The notes below the pieces were generated by a model. It was given only the letters and a program-made list of their open reading frames with translations. It ran no database searches and was not told the origin of the DNA. The translations under genes were made by a program, and so were the position numbers. DNA of 64,000 bases from Tubiluchus corallicola (Eukaryota > Animalia > Priapulida): contig JAQGDQ010000098.1 in the NCBI GenBank assembly GCA_030141605.1, positions 248,001-312,000 on the forward strand, in the 5' to 3' direction. Positions 11,108 to 64,000 of this stretch are shown piece after piece; the stretch's first letter is position 1, and each line of letters starts with the position of its first letter.

Positions 11108-14100
11108 TGAAAAAGTCCTCCCAGCTCTTAAAAACGTTTCTAAAATTAAAATGAAATTATCAACTTAATTGTAAATAAATAATGAATTGAGTAATGTGTA
11201 CAGATTAGTGTAATTTTCCCACTTTGTAAAACCTACTGTATGTAAATGGGTAAGGGAACCTATAACTGAGCCCATATAAAAACTGTGCTTATACTGGGCT
11301 TACTGTAGTTAACAAATACATACATCCATATGTATATATATATATATATATATATAATATGGATGTATGTATTATATATATATATATATATACCTGTATG
11401 TATCTAAATCATGTATCCCAAAATTTTTGTAACTTTTTTGTAAATAATTATGAAAGGTGGGTCAGCGTGAAATAATTAGCATTTCTTTAGCTTTGTAAAA
11501 TAACACTGAGTTTGAACCAGGACCTTAGAAAGTCCAACACTACAACCATACAGACCTTTGTGATCAAAGCAACTTTTTATTCATTGCTAATAACTCGCCT
11601 ATTTTTAATAGGTTTTCCTGTTTACTAACTTGATAAGTTAAACTGAATGTTAGGTTAAGATACATACCTTAAATTTTTTAATTTAATTAAATCACCTCTG
11701 GTTGAAATTGCATCGTTGTTAATGTTTTTGAATTTTGTTAATTTTATCGTTCAGTTGTATGAGGCACATATACTGTGATATTATATTTATTTGCGAGCAG
11801 AACTGTTGTGTTTGCTAATGTTGTAAAGTTATTATTTGTTTTTCAAAAAACTGTGTTTTTGCTTAAATCCTGTACTTAAGTTAATAAACACGTAAGTCTA
11901 TGGGCTTCAGACCTATCTCGGAAGTTTTTTGCGTTTATTTGACGATTGACAGAAGTGCATTTTCGAACGGTAGATGGCAGCACGCGACTAATATGTCTTG
12001 CAATGCGTTTGTGGCTTTGTTGCACATAAGCACTGATCTTAATTGCAATTATTGTTATGTATCCGGTCATAACTTTAAACTCCACGTTAGGTTGCAGAAT
12101 CGCCTCTCATACGGGCAATTCATTGTAGCTTCATGTGTAAGTGTTTTTTTAGTACAGCGTGTTTTGTCCACATCTCTACATCCACAGTCTGTGATTTCTG
12201 ACAAGAACATTTCTTTCAGGCGACCTTACGCTCTAAAGTCGCTATACAAACTAACTAGAATTTAGTGGTGCCCTTGAAAACGATGTGTTTGCGTCAGCTT
12301 TGACAACCGTTTTCTATCAATCATCAAACTTCAATTTGTTCGACATTAACCGCTAACGTTCAATTTTATTTCTAGTGGTATTTTAACCGTGAAGGACAAA
12401 GTAACAAATCAGGATATGCCTGAAAAGTTAAATTGTTTACTGTTTATAAGTATGGAAGAAGTTAGTACAACTATTTTCTGTTGATTGAATTTCCTCACAA
12501 CAATAATATCAAAGTCTCAATCACTCAGTTGATTTTCTCCTGTAATTTTACTTGTCGTTTGCACAAATGAATCATTGGATGGGAGGGTCTTCTACAGCGT
12601 TTTTAATGAAAATAAATTATTCTTCTCCCGGCTTTCGTTTTATCACGTTGACAAGCTCAACAACTGGTGCGTGAGAATGCAGCAATCTGGCACAGGAAGA
12701 TAACGAATGAACTAGTGTGTTGGCATACACCATTTATCTAGTCATTCACATGCATCTGCCAGTCTTCATATTAAACGGTTTCACTTAATGAAGCCAAATG
12801 TTTGAGTTTAACTCTGCTGTGCATGTGTATTTGGTCATTAGTTCTACTGGTATCACGCAGCAGTGTGTTGAAATATCGCGAAGGGGCAGACATCTCAACA
12901 CCAGTCATTAACTAGCTCTCGAGGCATTCTCGAACTGAGTGTTAATGTGAAGGCAAATCCTGTCCGATTAAGCCAAGTTTTTTACTGTTATTTGCTGTTA
13001 GGCGCTTTAATTGGACGAATACGCCTAACGCGAAAAGAGCAGTTAAAATCACTAGCCAGTAAATTAACAATCCAAGCAACCAAATGACTAACTAGCCTAC
13101 CAAACAAGTATCGAACTAACCAACCGACCAATCAATCCATCGGCAAACCGGCTCGTTAGTTGCTTTAATTGACAAGTTAGTACAAACTGTGCTTGTGTCG
13201 TAAATGTTGAGAAGGTTATTCGACGAGTCTTAAATCTACCATACATCTCGCATTGTAGTATTACAATTGCAATTGTTGAAACTAAACCTTTTGCTGACTT
13301 ACTTTCGCCTAGCATTGTAAAGTTTAATAGCACTGTAAACAAACATGACAATGCCGTTTTAAAAGCGCTATACCTGCTTTTAATAACAGTGAAAAAGAAT
13401 ATATGTTACATAACCTTTTAACAATTTAACATATCCATGTTGTAAGCTTATTATTATGATTCCAACTACTAACACCCATATAAATATCATTATATATTGA
13501 ATCTATTTCTAACTGAATTGTAATTGTTTCTTGTAGAAATTATAACGCGAATAAAGATGATATATATATTATCTCTACGTGTGCATTTAAAGCAACGGTG
13601 AAAATTAGCAAAACAGACACACGAGGAAAATAGATTTCCTACTGAAGCTCGTGAGCCACTTTCATCATCTGGTAAAAAGAGAACCAGATGTATGATTGGT
13701 GAGGGCTTCTTACTCCTTATTTCGAATTTCAATTAATGACTATAACGTCTTCCCTAGAGACAAGGCACAGCATACCACTGTTTAATATCAGACAAGAGTT
13801 CAACACTTAAACGGTTGTTACAGCAGAAACCAAGTCAATTATTCTGCATTATTAGCATTGTGTAATAACCGACTCGGACTTAATGAAATCCCGCACGCTG
13901 CGACGCACCAAGTAGATATGGAAGCTACTGGCTGCTATGATTATAGAAGTGGTGAGCGAAGTTTGTAGCATTAGTAATTCGCTAATATTTTCTTAGCTTA
14001 TTTACTAAACTAATGTTAATCAACTAACCTTTTTTAGTTAACCAACAATTAATTCAATTTACTGATTTTTTTACTTAGAAATAAAAATCTTGCATTAACT

Positions 14101-15739
14101 ATACATCATGGCACTGACATTTTACGAACTTGCAATGTCTGGAGAGGAACAGAAGAATTTGTTGCTTTGTCCCATGAACAACAGGCCTAACAAGAAAATA
14201 CGTACTGTAAATTTAGTTGTAATCAGGTTACTCAATAAACTGACAGTTTGAATTAAACCCTTGCAATTGTTGAACATTGGCTATTCACATTAAGTACAGC
14301 AGCCTTCGCAAGAGAAAATTTATATGTTTTAGTTATCCTTGTACTTTTGCGTTATCCATCTACGGAATAAAAAATCCATAGAAAATAGCTGCAGAAAAAA
14401 ATAACGCTAGTCTGTTAAACAGCTACAGTGAAAACAATACAAACCGATTTCATCTATTCCGCACCCCCCATAACGCATACGCATTCCGGATGCTAGGTAC
14501 ATGTCACTTTCGATACAGCAACCAAGTAAACCGTTTCAGTATGAACAGCGTAACTTTTGTATCCAACTGAATTGAAAGAATATTCTGCACAAATGGTCTG
14601 AAACAAGTTATCAAGACTCTTATCTGGCATTCTTTCGCAACAGCTTGTACATATATACATATATAATGGATATATATATATATATATATAAACGTCTGCA
14701 GGGTCCTGTTTCAATGTAGAGGCTTATTCTTGATAATCAGATAGATGTCAGTCCTGGCACAATCATCAGTACATCAGTATTAGTTAGTTCTGCGCTTAGT
14801 ACTAAATAATGGATTGTGCTGCATAGAAATGACAAAAAAATGAAAACATAAAGTAATAAATTCAAAGAAGATTCGCTTTCTGTAGAAGCCATAATTATCA
14901 CGTTTATATGGCCTGCTTTGGATCTCATGTGTATACATAGTTGCCTGTTGTATAATGCTGCTGCCTGTGTGCAGTAATGCATGACAGTGCATTTCCCTGA
15001 TGCCGCGAGCATAAATTTTCCCGACGGGGTAGCACAACAGAATATTAAAAGAAGGCAGATGAACTCAAAATCTTCTCAATTACCGGGACATCGAAAACGC
15101 ATCAGCGCTGAATAATAGACAGGATAGCAGCAGGCGACCAGGATACTACTATTCCGAGAGCCATAAAAATCGCTCAGCATCCCGCATTGATGCTGTCAAA
15201 CGTTGAATTAAACAACGTCTTCAATAACATGGTAACGGATCATTTTTTAATGAAATGGTTTTTGAATGCCGAAATTTACACAACAAGCTGCGAGAAAGTT
15301 AAACATTTATAATAATAGCAGACTCGCAAACCTCTATTCTTAATCCCGCAATTCCACCACCTCCCCTTAAAATCATTAACTCTCTTTTTTCATTAACTTA
15401 AGCATTTAAGTTTATTAAGCCGCTAAATAGTTTCCCTAACTCAAACGGCGCTGAATTTTGCGAATTAAAAATATCTGCAAACACATTATAAACGATTATT
15501 TAATCAAAGGTAATCGATATATCGCGCGCCTGCCAAAGCTACCTCATTCAACTCACCTGTACTTAGTTTCATAACCGTTAGGAAAACTGCAAAGGTCCAA
15601 ATGAAACATGATGTGGGTTTTTTATGCGAATCACACGAGGCAATGGTATACAAACTAAGTGTAAGAACAAAGAAAAAAAGGTGAAGATACGAACACTTGT
15701 TCAGAGAAATAGAATTCATTATAATTGATAAGGTAGAAT

Positions 15740-16360
15740 GGCTGGCATTCCACTACGGTGCGAAAAATACCGTACTTCGTAGCTTTAGAAATACCGTATC
15801 ATAATTACGCACGCTACCTGCAAAATTGAATCACACGGTGTAGTAAGATAAAATACCATACAGTAATTCCGTAGAAGCGCCGTATCAAGGGAATGTAGGG
15901 TATGCTATAGGAGTGGCGCAAAAATAAATTGTAAAAACGAAAATTTATCAATTCTTACTATGACTTTTTGCATGCTATAAAACAGAACTGTTGTTTGAAC
16001 TTCCATACTACTTATTTTAGATGGCAAAAGCTACATAATTGTGCACGAAATTTAATTTTATTTTCAGCTATTTTTTACTTAAATAAAATTTTTGTGATAA
16101 AATGTTAGACCTATTAACTTGTGGTTAGTGGTTGTCTTAAATTACTTATTTTGAAGGGGCTTTGGTCCACCCATGGGCTAAACAAGCCATCACGCTAAGT
16201 TGCTAATCAATGAAAACGTTACAAGAAGCTGAGTAAAAATGGTATGGAAAAGATATGGTAATTCCGTATTGTACCGTACTGTTGAAAAACATCTTACTGT
16301 AACATAGTACAGTAGTTCTAAGAATTTATTTCGTATCGTACAGTAAAGGACTGGCAGCCT
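15740..16360. mobile_element. Putative MITE with imperfect terminal inverted repeats
   Basis: ggctggcattccactacggtgcga at the left end vs tcgtacagtaaaggactggcagcc at the right end; internal ccgta repeats. Confidence 0.45.
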
Positions 16361-17199
16361 TGTTTGCTATCATAGTGATAGAGCATACATTTGTTCATAC
16401 ATATATTTTTACTTAACATACATATTTACATGCATTTATATACACATAGTTTATATAGTATTTACAGTTTGTACATACATTTACAAGCAGGAATTCTACA
16501 ACTAGAAGAAATGTCCAGACTAAGCGTACGAGAAGTAACAAAAAACGAATACTACGAACAAAATGTCCATATGTGGGAACCAATGGCGACACGCGTTGAG
16601 AGAATCTTCTATTGAAAAAGTGATAAAAGAAGCTTATTGTAGCAAATGACATTGAATGAACATAGGACTGCTGGGTTTGACCCCAAATCAGGCGAATGCT
16701 GCCCAAGCAAAAATTCTGTACGTCAAATTTTTCAGTTTTAGCTTTTATTATAATCGTGAGTGTTACGAAAACAAGATTAACATACTTTATTATGCATTTA
16801 TTGTTGAATACTACTATTAATAAATGTTTTCTTTTTTTATTTAATATACACAGGCAAGCTTCTTCCATGCCTAGTCTCGTCGGTCAACATTTCCAAGGCT
16901 GACTGATGAAGCATTAAACTAAGAATGACGTATGTCACAATGCGCATTCTCCCACTTCGCACAGCTGACGATTAAATCTTTGATCATTCCGAGTAGACAA
17001 TGCCAGTTAACTCTTTGCTCCGTTCAATTTCATGCTCTAATCAGCTTTATAATGGGAGGCAGCCAAGATACAGGCAAGATGACCAGTGCAAACAGCACTG
17101 TAAATAGCTTTAAGAAATTTCAGCTAATAAAACGTCATCTTCTTTGATGAAGAAACATTTAAGCGAAAATATTGGCAAACATGTGCAACTCTATGCAGC

Positions 17200-17378
<179 letters not shown>

Positions 17379-18205
17379 ATTTTTATATTTCTTTTCAAGC
17401 TGAAAATAAATGCTGTAAATTTCGCAATGGATTCATATAATATCCATCATGTTTGCAAAAAACTTACCTAAAAGTTAAATACCTGTTTTTGTATACATTT
17501 CGGTGCACTGCAAGCTGTAATCCTACATTTATTGCTACGTGTTAATATTTAAAAAACAGTTGTGGCAGCACTGTAGAGTAGCTTTGTGTCACGTATAATC
17601 CTCTAGGGCGGGACAGTGAACAAGCAGACCTGTAGAACTGTATTCATTTGCAAAACAAGGTAAGACAATAGCAATAGGCAAAACAAGTTTACACATATGT
17701 AAATCTATTTTATTTTCAGTGTAACAGTTTATTTACGTTATTAACGTATTCCTTGTGTAATGCTATCATTGCTTGCTGTGCGCTGCTGCTATGTTTCTAG
17801 CCTTTTTGCTTTTAGTGGTTTCTTCTTGAAGCCGCGTGCGCTCGTAGACTTCATTACGTACGTTTCACCCCCGCAGTGTGACTTCATTCCCGTAATCTGG
17901 GACTCGCGTTATAATCAAACCAATAGCATGTCAATATCAGGACTTCATATGGAGAGTTTACCCTGAAGCAGTTATAACAGTGAATTTGTTATAAAATACA
18001 AATATAGAAACACGTGCTTATGCATTTTGTGCGGAATGAATACTGTTTGTTGAATATAACGATAATTTGTGATGGCAAGTTTAATAAAAATTCACAAAAG
18101 TTCGCCAAGTGCACAGGCAAAGTAAAAGAGCAGCAAGCAGCTCGATAGTTAAAAGAAATTTAGTAGTTAAAATGTGAAAAATCGTTTACGGTTTTTTTTT
18201 GGAAA

Positions 18206-63805
<45,600 letters not shown>

Positions 63806-64000
63806 GTAGGCGGTATTTCATATCCGTGGTTGTGTGTTTTCGTGACAATTATAGAAAAAAATGTCAAAATTTATTGACGCCATCTATGAATAAATAGGTG
63901 AATGTCAGGACGAAGGAATGAAAGGAAGTTTTCGGTTTTTAGCAGTTTTATTAGAAACGATTTTAAATTAGAAAGAGTACTACAGCACTTTACAATGATC

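Noticed and set aside
12560-13000. Possible LINE endonuclease remnant (minus strand)
   Set aside because: A single TWL-like match; too weak

Overview
AT-rich, intron-rich eukaryotic (invertebrate animal) genomic DNA. I reconstructed three spliced genes by hand from splice sites and reading-frame continuity. (1) 872-11107 (+): the last 7 coding exons of a Dscam-family gene (Dscam-A), recognisable from vertebrate-DSCAM-like cytoplasmic motifs and a C-terminal PDZ-binding motif. (2) 18206->64000 (+): a second, tandem Dscam gene (Dscam-B). It has 28 exons in the window: signal peptide, Ig1-9, FN3 1-4, Ig10, FN3 5-6 and TM. Its Ig2, Ig3 and Ig7 exons are single-copy (no insect-type exon arrays), and a copy of the start of the TM exon appears at the window edge. 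(3) 42003-44998 (-): a complete 6-exon, 309-aa secreted CAP/SCP (CRISP/PR-1/Ag5) gene nested antisense inside a GC-AG intron that splits Dscam-B Ig7. Its C-terminal tail is unusual: Thr-rich spacer, AT-hook-like RPRGRPR, Gln-rich block, dibasic sites and a terminal ...FQL-G-K amidation-like end. The rest is microsatellites, local duplications, decayed LINE fragments, tRNA/5S-like SINEs and MITE-like elements. All gene models are manual and unvalidated by transcript data, and the organism cannot be identified from the sequence alone.
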